64,000 bases of DNA, taken from the NCBI GenBank assembly GCA_051313645.2, contig JBNRSN020000007.1, forward strand, positions 35,526,001 to 35,590,000. Reading direction: 5' to 3'. Each line of letters opens with the position of its first letter. The stretch's first letter is position 1. Both the position numbers and the translations under genes were made by a program. This document shows, one piece after another, positions 12,400 through 23,552 of this stretch. Origin of the DNA: Centroscyllium fabricii. Taxonomy: Eukaryota. Below the pieces are notes generated by a model. The model saw only the letters and a program-made list of their open reading frames with translations. It had not been told where the DNA came from and did no database searches.

Positions 12400-12674
12400 T
12401 GACGTAACGTCAATTGGTCTTAATAAAAGACTGGCCGAGTAGTTACCGTAACTAAAGGCTTTTATTAACTTACTATGGAGCTACCCTCCGAACGAACATC
12501 AGAACAGAATGAGGGAGCCTCGGTCAGTCCTCACCTATAAAGGCCTCACCTGGGGGAGGAGTTAGAGGTGTGGCTGACCTGGCTCCACGACAGTATTACA
12601 GGGCTGTGTATCACACACAGCCAATTGTTGGCGACAATAATACAGTGGTAATATATACAATATGGGTTACCACA
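12400..12674 (-). mobile_element. Solo Gypsy LTR related to 29305-33034
   Basis: TGACG...ACCACA, shared blocks (GAGTAGTTACCGTAACTAAAGGCTTTT, GGGGGAGGAGTTAGAGGTGTGGC), TSD GTTTG; empty site in inverted arm near 15845. Confidence 0.9.
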
Positions 12675-12705
12675 GTTTGTACCATACATTGACAAAGATG
12701 CAGTA

Positions 12706-13116
12706 CAGGTACAAAATCCTTTATCCGCAACTCCGAAAACCGAAAAGCTCCGAAAACCTTTTCTGAGCGTCACATGACCCGTTTTGGAGCACAAACCTAA
12801 ATCTAATCGGAGCCTGAGGCCTACACCGAGTTTCCAGCCCACCCGCGGGTACAATTCCTCCCCGAGCCCACAATCTCCTACCGCCTCCCGGAAGCGCCTC
12901 TTCCATTTCAGAGGACGGCAATGCGCCTGCACGTGGGCAGAGCGCCGTTCCGCACCTGCACACTGGGCTGCCAACACGGAAATGTGCATGCGCAGAGCGC
13001 CGTTCCGTGCCTGCGCACTGGGCCGCCAACACAGCAATGCTGGGCACCATCCGAAAACCGAAAAAATCCGAGACCCGTCCGATCCCAAGGGTTTCGGATA
13101 AAGAATTGTGTACCTG
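12706..13116. mobile_element. pogo/Tigger-like MITE (CAGGTACA subfamily)
   Basis: TIRs CAGGTACAAAATCCTTTATCCG / CGGATAAAGAATTGTGTACCTG, TA TSD; single TA at the empty site near 15818. Confidence 0.88.
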
Positions 13117-13362
13117 TACTATCTTTCCAATGGTTCTGGTATTAGGATGCTGATTAATTATTACAAACCTGGTATTGAGAGTACAGCGTCACGTGTCATT
13201 TCTGTTTTCTAGTTTTTTTCCTCTGCCTGTCTCTCTGAGGTAGGGCTTCATCGGCATTGGTGACTCTCGGTATCCTGCCCCAAAAGGAGGTTGGGTGGGG
13301 CGGGGGGGCATGCACTAACTGTAATACATTGGGCAAATAATCTACTCTGCGGTGTATTTGTA

Positions 13363-14389
13363 CAGGTACACAATCCCTTATCCGCAACTCCAAAAACCAA
13401 AAAGCTCCGGAAACCCAAGTCCAGGGTTACACCAAAATAATAATTTTTTTCTTAAATAAATTGAAGCTGCAGCAGAAAAAACACGTTCCTACCCCGATCT
13501 CGTGCTGTTGATGCCGTGCTGAGGAAAAAAACAGCCGATCGCCCTCCAAACAGCCGATTCTCCGCTCTACACGGCTGACCCCCCCACGCTCTAAACGGTC
13601 GATCTCCCGCTCTAAACGGTCGATCTCCCGCTCTAAACGGTCGATCTCCCGCTCTAAACGGTCGATCTCCCGCTCTAAACGGTCGATCTCCCGCTCTAAA
13701 CGGTCGATCTCCCGCTCTAAACGGTCGATCTCCCGCTCTAAACGGTCGATCTCCCGCTCTAAACGGTCGATCTCCCCGCTCTAAACGGCCGATCCCCCCG
13801 CTCTAAACGGCCGATCCCCCCGCTCTAAACGGCCGATCCCCCCGCTCTAAACGGCCGATCCCCCCGCTCTAAACGGCCGATCTCCCCGCTCTAAACGGCC
13901 GATCTCCCGCTCTAAACGGCCGATCTCCCGCTCTAAACGGCCGATCTCCCGCTCTAAACGGCCGATCTCCCGCTCTAAACGGCCGATCTCCCGCTCTAAA
14001 CGGCCGATCTCCCGCTCCAAACGGCCGATCTCCCGCTCCAAACGGCCGATCTCCCGCTCCAAACGGCCGATCTCCCGCTCCAAACGACGATTCTCCGCTC
14101 TAAACGCCGATTCTCCCGCTCTAAACGGTCGATCTCCCGCTCTAAACGGTCGATCTCCCGCTCTAAACGGTCGATCTCCCGCTCTAAACGGCCGATCTCC
14201 CGCTCTAAACGGCCGATCCCCTGCTCTAAATGGCCGATATGCCGTTCCCCGACTGCAAGCTGGGCCACAAACACGGTAATGCACATGCAATCCGTGCATG
14301 CGCACTGGGGCCAACTCTAAAAACTGTGTTTATCCGAAAACCGAAAACCGCCCGCTCCCGAGGTTTTTGGATAAAGGGTTGTGTACCTG
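13363..14389. mobile_element. pogo/Tigger-like MITE carrying a minisatellite
   Basis: TIRs CAGGTACACAATCCCTTATCC / GGATAAAGGGTTGTGTACCTG, TA TSD. Confidence 0.88.
13530..14240. repeat. 21-bp minisatellite (CTCTAAACGGYCGATCTCCCG), about 30 copies
   Basis: Directly visible tandem array; source of spurious LEREIGR ORFs. Confidence 0.97.
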
Positions 14390-14885
14390 TATTCGGTTTT
14401 ACTGCAGTGAAGCATGCGATTTTAGAACTTGCAATATTGAAAGCAGAATCACCTGAAAGCAGGCAAGCACTTCGTAAAATCTGGGGGGACGAGATTTGCT
14501 GGGAATATCTGCAGTGGCGTGATGCCCCAGGTTCAATCAGTGGCCTGTGGTGGGGAAGCCATGGGGATGAACAACTGCCCTCTGCACCTCTGGGCTGGAG
14601 GGGGGGGGGCAAAAAGTCAGCCAGACTTCCTGATTCTCCTCACAATCCAGTGGCTCCTCTGCTTCCAAGTTAAGTGCACACATGCGACTGTTGGTAATGG
14701 TCAGAATCTGTTAGGCTCTTATTGTTGAACGCACACGCTCGCACACTCTTTTCTGACCACCCCACCCACCTCCTTTTGAGGCAGGATGCCGAGAGTCACC
14801 AATGCCCATGAAGCCCTACCTCAGAAAGACAGGCAGAGGAAAAAAACTGGAAAACGGAAATGACACTCTGTACTCTCAATACGTA

Positions 14886-15761
14886 CAGGTTGTGCACCGT
14901 TAATCCGTTACCCGATAAGCCGGCAGCTTCAGTCTTCCGGAACAGATTGTCCCGACTGCCCTGCGCATGCGCAAAATGGCAGCCGCGATAGATGCTTCGG
15001 CGAATGATCTGCGCATACGGTAGCCGTTCAGCGGCGCATGCGCAGATCATATCAAAACCTCCGGCGGCCCAAGGTCTTTGATGGTAGGGATAAGTGTCAT
15101 GACTCATCTGAGGGTGACGCCCACCGCCAGAAGTGTGAGGCAGGAGAGCTACGTGACCGTAGCCCCGAAACCCTTGGGGCTTGATCTCGAGGCGCTCCTG
15201 GAAAGAGAGCACGAACACGGAGAAGACTATATGGCAAGGATGGAACGGCGCCGCGCAGCACGTTCACGGTCACCTGACCCGCGGGACGGGGGCAGCTACT
15301 GCCAGGAACAAGGTAGCGACTTTCATTTTCGTTTAAATATCCGTTCAGAATCTGCAAAATTCCCCTCCGTTGTCTCCAGCCTTGTGCTCTAGAATGAACG
15401 GAGAGGACAACTTTGATGAAGGAAGGTGACTTCCAAGAAATGCAGCAAGTGGTTGGACACCCTGTCTGACAGCACATGTGGTGAGGTTAAACTGCTTTTG
15501 GTGAAACTATGGCTAATGCTGTATTGGGGTTGGTCTCCGGGACCTAAAGGCACAGATTGCTGTGGGGAGAAATGCTCTCTTCTGGCTGCTAATCCGACCA
15601 GTTGGCAGATCATTCAAAACGGCTGCCGGAGGTTGTGCGCATGCGCGTGGCCATTTTGAATGGTGCGCGCATGCGCACTGGCCAGCTTCAATCTTCTGGT
15701 TTTTTTGGTATACCGGTGCGGGCGTAGTCCCGCCCGTGCCGGTATAACGGTGCGCAACCTG
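14886..15761. mobile_element. pogo/Tigger-like MITE with unique interior
   Basis: TA-CAGGTTGTGCACCGTTA...TAACGGTGCGCAACCTG-TA; absent from inverted arm A at 13173. Confidence 0.88.
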
Positions 15762-15935
15762 TACCAGGTTTGTAATAATTAATCAGCATCCTAATACCAG
15801 AATCAGTGGAAAGATAGTACTGCATCTTTGTCAATGTATGGTACAAACTACTTTCTATTTGACTATAGTATTACCCAACACTTCCAAGAAATCATGGTTT
15901 GAAAACCTAAGGCGTCATAGAGTTATATATAGCAC

Positions 15936-16346
15936 ATAGAAACATAGAAACATAGAAGATAGGAGCAGGAGGAGGCCATTCGGCCCTTCGAGCCTGCTCC
16001 GCCATTCAATGAGATCATGGCTGATCATCCAAACCCAGTACCCTGTCCCTGCCTTGTCCCCATATCCCTCGATCCCTATTGAGCCTGCATCAACACATAT
16101 CCCACCCTATCCCCGTAACCCCACATATTCAATCCCCCTAACACTAAGGTTCAATTTATCCTGGCCAATCAACCTAACCCACACATCTTTGGACTGTGGG
16201 AGGAAACCGGAGCACCCGGAGGAAACCCACGCAGACACGGGGAGAATGTGCAAACTCCACACAGATAGTACCCGAGGCTGGATTTGAACCCGGGTCTCTA
16301 GTGCTGTAAGGCAACAGTGCTAACCACTATGCCACCGTGCCGCCCA
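15936..16346 (-). mobile_element. HE1-like V-SINE
   Basis: Reverse complement of the 7030-7414 family, (TTTCTATG)n tail. Confidence 0.9.
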
Positions 16347-16347
16347 C

Positions 16348-17000
16348 AGAAAGAGGCCCTTCAGCCCATCGTATCTGTGCCGGCCATCAAGCCCTATCTA
16401 TTCTAATCCCATTTTCCAGCACTTGGTCCGTAGCCTTGTGTGCTTTGGCATTTCAAGTGCTCATCTAAATGCTTCTTGAATGTTCTGAGGGTTCCTGCCT
16501 CGACCACCCTTTCAGGCAGTGAGTTCCAGATTCCAACCACCCTCTGCCTTTTACAAATCCGTGTTGACTCTCCTTCATTAGCTTAAACCTCTCCAAGTGC
16601 CCGTTGATATTTTCCCTTCTTATTGTTTCTAAAACTTTACCCACCACCGAAGTTACCTGATCGGTATAATCTCACATTTCTGCTCTCATCCTTGTAAATC
16701 CTTTTTGCATCCTTTCCAGTGCCTCCATATCCTTTTTATAATATGATGACCAGAATTGTACACCGTACTCCAAATATGGTCTAACCAAGGGTCGAGACAA
16801 GTTTAGCAAAACTTCTATCCCTCCAGAATTAAATCCTAGCATTTGGTTTGCATTTATTTATGACCTTATTAACCTGCGTCGCTACTTTTAGTGATTTGTG
16901 TATTTGTACTCCCAGATCCCTTTGCTCTTCTACCCTGTTACATTTTTATTTTGCAAGTAATCTGTGGCCTCATTATTTTTCTTACCAGAATGTAATACCT
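16348..17000 (-). mobile_element. CR1 fragments
   Basis: CR1 3' end, ESQHGFVKGR motif and a further degenerate ORF2 segment. Confidence 0.8.
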
Positions 17001-17257
17001 CAAAACTTGCAATAAGTAAAGTTTTATTTTAAAACCTGGCACTGTATGAAGTTTTACCACACGGGTAACATCTCAGAAACAAGCCCTGCATACAGGAAGC
17101 AAATCCTTTTCCAGAGGCTTGCTGCAACAAAATTAGAGAGTTCCTGCACTGCCTTGATGTTTGACATTTCTGGTTACTGCACCAGTATTTGAGCACATAA
17201 TCAGACTGATTATCCAAGAATACAAATCAACTGGTCATTTATCTCTGTTAATGTGTG

Positions 17258-17680
17258 TGACACTCATACACACTCGCATACACTCATACACGCTCGCATA
17301 CACTCATACACGCTCGCATACACTCATACACGCTCGCATACACTCATACACGCTCGCATACACTCATACTCGCATGCACTCGTACACGCTCGCATGCACT
17401 CATAAATGCTCGCATACACTCATACACGCTCGCATACACTCACACTCGCATACACTCATACTCGCATACACGCACTCCCACGCACTCAGCCACTCGCTCC
17501 GACGCCCTCGCTCCGACGCCCTCGCTCCGACGCCCTCGCTCCGACGCCCTCGCTCCGACACGCTCGCACACTCGCTCGCACACTCGCTCACACACCTACA
17601 CGTCGCATACACTCATACATGCTCGCATACACTCACAGACACTCGTACACACTCACATACACTCGTACACACTCGCATCT
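17258..17680. repeat. CA-rich compound mini/microsatellite
   Basis: 20-bp unit CACTCATACACGCTCGCATA with embedded CCCTCGCTCCGACG repeats. Confidence 0.95.
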
Positions 17681-18295
17681 GACCAACCCGTCTATTATAC
17701 CTGTAGCCCGAGGCTTCCCTCCTTGCTATTTACCGCTCCACCAATTTTCGTGTCATCTGCGAACTTACCGATCATACCTCCTACATTCATATCTAAATCA
17801 TTAATGGACACTACAAACAGCAAAGGACCCAGCATTGATCCCTACGGTACGCCACTGGACACAGACTTCCAGTCACAAAAACAACCTTCGACCATCACCC
17901 TCTGCCTCCTGCCACTAAGCCAGTTTTGGATCCAATGTGCCAAATTGCCCTGGATCCCATGGGCCCTTACCTTCTTGACCAGTCTCCTATGTGGGACTTT
18001 ATCAAAAGCCTTACTGAAATCTATGTAGACTATATCAACTGCACTACCCTCATCCACACACCTAGTCACCCCCTCTCAAAATTCAATCAAATTAGTTAGA
18101 CATGATTTTCCCTTGACAAAGCCATGCTGACAATCCTTGATTAATCCTTACCGCTCCAAGTGGAGACTAATTCTGTCCCTCAGAATTTTTTCCAATAATT
18201 TCCCTACCGCTGATGTTAGACTCACTGGCCTGTAATTCCCTGGTTTATCCCGACTGCCCTTCTTGAATAATGGCACTACGTTAGCTGTCCTCTGG
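17680..18295 (-). mobile_element. CR1 RT fragment
   Basis: VDIVYIDFSKAFDKVPH...WIQNWLSGRRQRV...SGVP. Confidence 0.9.
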
Positions 18296-18784
18296 CACCG
18301 CCCCGTATCCTTGTCCTAGCCTGAGGTTCCCGCTGGAACTGGGTCGAATCCAGATATCTGCCCACCAGCCTGACTCAGTCCTGTTTTTCTGGGTGGCGGG
18401 GGGCGGGGGCTGGGGTGGGGGGAAGAATCAATAAGGAATTATGAGCACCCTCTTTGGGAGTCAGTCACTGTGAGGGGGGATTGGGCACGCATTGGAAGAT
18501 TATTTTAATTTGTCTTCCCATTGGGGGCAGGTTACCAAATCTGGCAAGTTTTAATTGGAGTTGCCGCCACCTGTTGGAGACCCATGTGTTGGGACCTCGT
18601 GGTGTTGGTACCCAGCTGCGGCCAGTATAAAAACAGCTCTAAACGTCACCTTCCCTTTTCAGCCAGCAGAAATAGTGATTATTCTGGGGCAGGAATTCCA
18701 CAAAAATAGCGTGTTTAAATTTTTTAAATGGCACGTTATGAAAACTGTATAGAAATTTGAACCATGTATTAAATCTGTAGTAGT

Positions 18785-18960
18785 CACCATCAGTAAAACA
18801 GATTGCCTGGCCATTGTCACATTGCTGTTTGTGGGAGCTTGCTGTGTACAAATTGGCTGCCGCGTTTCCGACATTACAACAGTACGACACTTCAAAGAGT
18901 ACTTAATTGGCTGCAACGCGCTTTGGGACATCTGGTGGTCGTGAAAGGCGCCATATAATT
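18785..18960 (+). mobile_element. Deu-domain SINE fragment
   Basis: CATTGCTGTTTGTGGGAGCTTGCTGTG..CAAATTGGCTGCC..TTGGCTG..AA.CGCTTTGGGA core; related pieces at about 28855-29080, 46805-46900 and 62110-62260. Confidence 0.65.
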
Positions 18961-18967
18961 AAAAACA

Positions 18968-20465
18968 TTTTTTAATTCGGATGTGGGCATTGCTGGCAAG
19001 GCCAGCATTTATTGCCCATCCCTAGTTGCCCATGAGAAGGTGGTGGTGAGCCGCCTTCTTGAACTGCTGCAGTCCGTGTGTTGAAGGTACTCCCACAGTG
19101 GTGTTGGGGAGGGAGTTCCAGGAATTTGACCCAGTGACGATAAAGGATCGGCGATATACTTCTAAGTCAGGATGGTGCGTGACTTGGAGGGGAACTTGCA
19201 GGTGGTGGTGTTCCCATGCGCCTGCTGCCCTTGTCCTTCTAGGTGGAAGAGGTTTGGGAGGTGCAAGTCTTTCTTTTTTGTTGCTTGATTCTCTCTTTGT
19301 CAGCAAGATTTAACCCAGATTGACAGAGGCATAGAATGTGTCCTCACAGGCCAATCCAATTATGCCTTTGCCAATTTATCTGCTGCCGCTGTTTGTTTTG
19401 TATTCTCTGCGCAGTCTTCATCCGTGTAAAAGACACTGCAGGCTTGACTGTGCATTAGTAATTCATACTGAGCAAATCCTGTGCATCGCCAGCCAATACA
19501 GAGTGAAGGATGAAGTACTATTCTATTCCCATAGTGCATTGAATATCATGAAACAACACTGGCAGTAAAAAAACAAGTACAAGAGCTTAACATGGCCGTG
19601 GATCATGCAGTCAGGGAAAATCAGGAATCTGGACTCCACCACAATAGGACTAGGGTTGCTTCGAATCCTTATTCTGATACTGGAAGCTTTTTTTTAAAGG
19701 GATGAGATAGCTGTTCTAAATATTTAATTAAGTTTATGCAAATGAAGCAGGGTCAGCTTTTGTGTGTTGCTTCAGCAGATTGCCACCTGTATAATAAAAA
19801 GGATTTTTAAAAAAAAATATTGATTCACGGGATCTGGGCGTCACTGGCAAGGCCGGCATTTATTGCCCATCCCTAATTGCCCTCGAGATGGTGGTGGTGA
19901 GCCGCCGCCTTGAATACAACTGAGTGGCTCGCTAGGTAAGAGTCCACTACATTGCTGTGGGTCTGGAGTCACACATAGGTCAGACCGGGTAAGGACGGCA
20001 GATTTCATAGAAACATAGAAACATAGAAACATAGGAGCAGGAGTAGGCCATTTGGCCCCTTGAGCCTGCTCCGCCATTCAATGAGATCATGGCTGATCAT
20101 CCAGACCCAGTACCCCGCCCCTGCCCCGTCCCCATATCCCTCGATCCCTATCGAGCCTGCATCGACACATATCCCACCCTATCCCCGTAACCCCACAAAT
20201 TCAATCCCCCAAACACTAAGGGTCAATTTATCATGGCCAATCAACCTAACCCGCACATCTTTGGACTTAAAGGACTATAGTGAACCAGATGGGTGTTTAC
20301 GACAATCGGTGGTTTCACGGTCACCATCATTGATACTAGCTTTTTATTCCGGATTTATTTAATTAACTGAACTTAAATTCCCCAGCTGCCGTGGTGGGAT
20401 TTAAACTCGTCGCCGGATCATTAGTCCAGGCCTCTGGTCTAGCATAACCACGATGCTACTGTACC
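18968..20465 (-). mobile_element. Cluster of LINE 3'-end/SINE fragments (18968-19262, 19820-20465) with nested HE1 piece 20007-20266
   Basis: Shared tail GGCAATTAGGGATGGGCAATAAATGC with LINE 22570-23230. Confidence 0.7.
19583..19671 (+). pseudogene. Partial duplicated copy of PXA exon (pseudo-exon)
   Basis: Aligns to 20613-20700 with substitutions and a 1-nt insertion. Confidence 0.85.
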
Positions 20466-20520
20466 CTCTCTGACCACTTCAGCTAATGCCTTGTCTTCGT
20501 GTATTCTTTTTTTCTTCTAG

Positions 20521-20737
20521 TGTTTGACTGTAGTTACTCACAATTCATCTTGTTGTGGTACAATCCACCTGAGCCCACAGAGGATCAGCCGCTCTACCAC
20601 GTCCTGCTTGATGAGTTTAACATGGCCGTTGATCACGCAGTTGGGGAAATCAGGAATCTGGACTCCACCAGAATAGGTCTAGGGTTGATTCGAATCTTTA
20701 CTGTCCATTTGCGAACTGCCAAGAAGGAAAAAATAAG
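20521..20737 (+). CDS. PXA-domain sorting-nexin-like gene, exon a
   Basis: Acceptor TTTTCTTCTAG, donor AG/GTATGA; FDCSYSQFILLWYNPPEP...IRIFTVHLRTAKKEKI matches the PXA pattern (F-I-x-x-W-Y ... H-L); phase 1 to 2. Confidence 0.82.
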
Positions 20738-20812
20738 GTATGATGTGTTTTTGTTTGTTGTAAACATCTAGTGGTTAGAATGGTGCACTAGATAAAATAA
20801 GAGTAAATACAA

Positions 20813-21046
20813 TGTCGTAAAACACGACTTTAGAAATAACTTGGGAAGAGTTACTGGTCAGCCAGCTGACGGCGCCAACCGGGGAGTATAAATACTCGGG
20901 CATGGGCCCACCTTGGCCAGAGACAATCTGAAACCAGGAAGCTAGTGACTGCTAACTAGTTCTCTTTGTGTTGTGTTATAAGTCGAATAAAGCCTTGCTT
21001 TATATTCAACCAAAAGCATAGTAAGTCTTTATTACGTCCTACAACA
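20813..21046 (+). mobile_element. Probable solo LTR
   Basis: TGTCGTA...TACAACA termini, TATAAATA near 20887, AATAAA near 20985; no clean TSD. Confidence 0.55.
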
Positions 21047-21417
21047 TCACCTAGAATGTCGTCCCTTCTAACCACTTGTGTTCAAAATCCTGCATATGTG
21101 CTCTTCAGTGACGGGTGCGTGTTAGGATTTAGACACTCTCCCAGCATTTCTAACTTGTGTTCACAGCAAAATGGTCACATGCATTGACACACAGAATGTC
21201 CTATGAACCAGAACCTGCATCTCTTGTGTACCATGCAAGGGATGGAGTGCCACAAGATTAACAATTACCTCTTAATTACAGTATACCTCACTGGAGACCA
21301 TGTTGGTTACTGATACAAGTTTGGGGGTCTTGCTTTAGATATTCTCTTGGGTAATTCCTGTAAGCAGTCTGAGCGCCTTGGTTAGGCGTGTACCCAAACA
21401 GCCCAGTATTTAAGTAT

Positions 21418-21720
21418 ACGGAGGTCTCTGAACATTATTAAAGACCCCACACACCCCAGCCACAGTCTGTTCGCCCCCCTGCCCTCCGGGAGACGCTACA
21501 GATCAATCCGCACCCGCACAACCAGATTCAAGAACGGCTTCTTCCCCAGGGCTGTCAGCCTCCTGAACTCTAACAAAAAACTCCAGTATCTGCACGCCTG
21601 AAATGTACTTTATTGTATGAAATTGTATGTAACTTATTTGCACTACTCTCGGGAGCGGCGAGTCTTTGTTTCGTTGTATTGTACTAGTACTCTGCAATGA
21701 CAATAAAAATTGAATTGAAT
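21418..21720 (+). mobile_element. Rex1/Babar LINE 3' end
   Basis: IIKDPTHPSHSLFAPLPSGRRYRSIRTRTTRFKNGFFPRAV motif and (TGAAT)n tail; homologous to 33293-33610. Confidence 0.85.
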
Positions 21721-22569
21721 AGAAGCATAGAAGTTAGGAGTAGGCCATTCGGCCCCTCCAGCCTGCTCTGCCATTCAATGAGATCATGAATGATCATCCG
21801 AATTCAGTACCCTGTCCCTGCCCTCTCCCCATATCCCTTGATCCCTTTACCCTTAAGAGCAGGTCAGAGGCTGGGTATTGGAGGTGAGTAAGTAAGTAAA
21901 ATGTTATTGTCACGTAAAAGAACAATAGTTCAAATAGTGAAATGCCTATTGCTATTCACAAGCGTACTACATAACAATTAACAATTCATAATTAACAATG
22001 AACAATAAAGAACACAAGAAGCATAGCACGCCTGGAACCCGCAAGATGTCAAGCCATTCTCCGGCGCCATCGTTGAGGGTCCGCTTGTGCTCCGGCTCTT
22101 CAGTTCTACCTTATTAACTTTCAACCATAACTTTAACTAATCATTCAAAGTTATTCGATGTTAACGGGAGTCCATACTGAATTGAAGAATGGAATGAAGA
22201 CTAAAGACTAAAGGTGGTGGTGTTCCCATGCGCCTGCTGCCCTTGTCCTTCTAGTATATATTGGCGTAATCCAGAGGCGTAGCCCCTTTCTGATCTGAAC
22301 CAGATATTCAGGCCTTTCTCACCTGTCCCACATGCCTCTCCAGATTCTTCAAAGGTGGACTGAGAAGGCACTTGGTAAGATGAGGCCAGATAAGAATCAT
22401 TAGTCCATTTCATTTCAGAGCAAGTGAACATACAAACCAACAGTTATGATTCGATTCACTTAATACAATCAGTACAACCTGTCTTTGGGGAGTCATGAGG
22501 TGAGACACTCGCTACAGAATACCCAGCCTCTGACCTGCAACTGTAGCCACAGTATTTATGTGGCTGGTT

Positions 22570-23230
22570 CACCATTGACCAGAAGCTTAACTGGACCAGC
22601 CACATAAATACTGAAGCTCCAAGAGCAGGCCAGAGGCTGGGAATTCTGCGGCAAGTGACTCACCTCCTGACTCCCCAAAGCCTTTCCAGCATCTACAAGG
22701 CACAAGTCAGGAGTGTGATGGAATATTCTCCACTTGCCTGGATGAGTGCAGCTCCAACAACACTCAAGAAGCTCGACACCATTCAGGATGAAGCAGGCCG
22801 CTTGATTGGCACCCCATCCACCACCTTAAACATTCACTCCCTCCACCACCGGCGCACTGTGGCTGCAGTGTGTACCATCTACAAGATGCACTGCAGCAAC
22901 TCGCTTCTTTGACAGAACCTCCCAAACCCGTGATCTCTACCACCTAGAAGGACAAGGGCAGCAGGCACATGGGAACACCACCATCTCCAAGTTTCCCTCC
23001 AAGTCACACACCATCTCGACTTGGAAATATATCGGCCATTCCTTCATCGTCGCCGGGTCAAAATCCTGGAACTCCCTCCCTAACAGCACTGTGGGGGCAC
23101 CTTCACCACACGGACTGCAGCAGTTCAAGAAGGCGGCTCACCACCACCTTCTCAAGGGCAATTAGGGATGGGCAATAAATGCTGGCCTTGCCAGCGACGC
23201 CACATCCCAGGAACAGATAATTAAAAAAAC
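22570..23230 (+). mobile_element. LINE 3' fragment (CR1/L2 group, non-HER1 family)
   Basis: IYKAQVRSVMEYSPLAW...LDTIQ...SLHHRRTVAA...WNSLP; polyA-like tail. Confidence 0.82.
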
Positions 23231-23552
23231 TGAAAGTATGAACCTGTTCCATTTCCCCGTGTTAGTGAGTTGTCCTGCTTGTCTTAACTAAAACAATTCT
23301 TAACCACTCTGCTGCATTCTCCTTCTGAGCCAAACCATCCTCCTGCAGATTCTGTTCAAAAACCTGACAGGCTGCTTGTGTCATTGGGGGAGATTTTGCC
23401 AATGGGGGCGCGTTGGAGGCGGGACTGCTGCTTGTCGGGTCGATGTCCCGCCTCCATCGACTTCTGGCCAACCCACGCTATTTTCCCTTGATTGACCTCA
23501 TTAATCCTGCCCTGCGGGCTTAGCAGGCCAATTAAGGGAAAGCCGGTGACAG

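Larger units (their letters stand above)
11786..16546. repeat. Local inverted duplication (arm A about 11786-13300, arm B 14761-16546)
   Basis: CR1 3' end plus about 400 bp of adjoining non-CR1 sequence align in reverse complement once intervening insertions are removed. Confidence 0.85.

Noticed and set aside
13530-14240. CRISPR-like array or coiled-coil gene (LEREIGR repeats)
   Set aside because: Head-to-tail 21-bp units with no unique spacers, inside a MITE in a vertebrate genome; the ORFs are by-products of the repeat.
17161-17804. His/Thr-rich ORFs
   Set aside because: Translations of a CA-rich satellite.
7447-19568. Candidate upstream exons of the PXA gene (7447, 8200, 14408, 17115, 18663, 19303)
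   Set aside because: Plausible acceptors, but none gave a convincing frame, donor and phase-1 end matching exon a.
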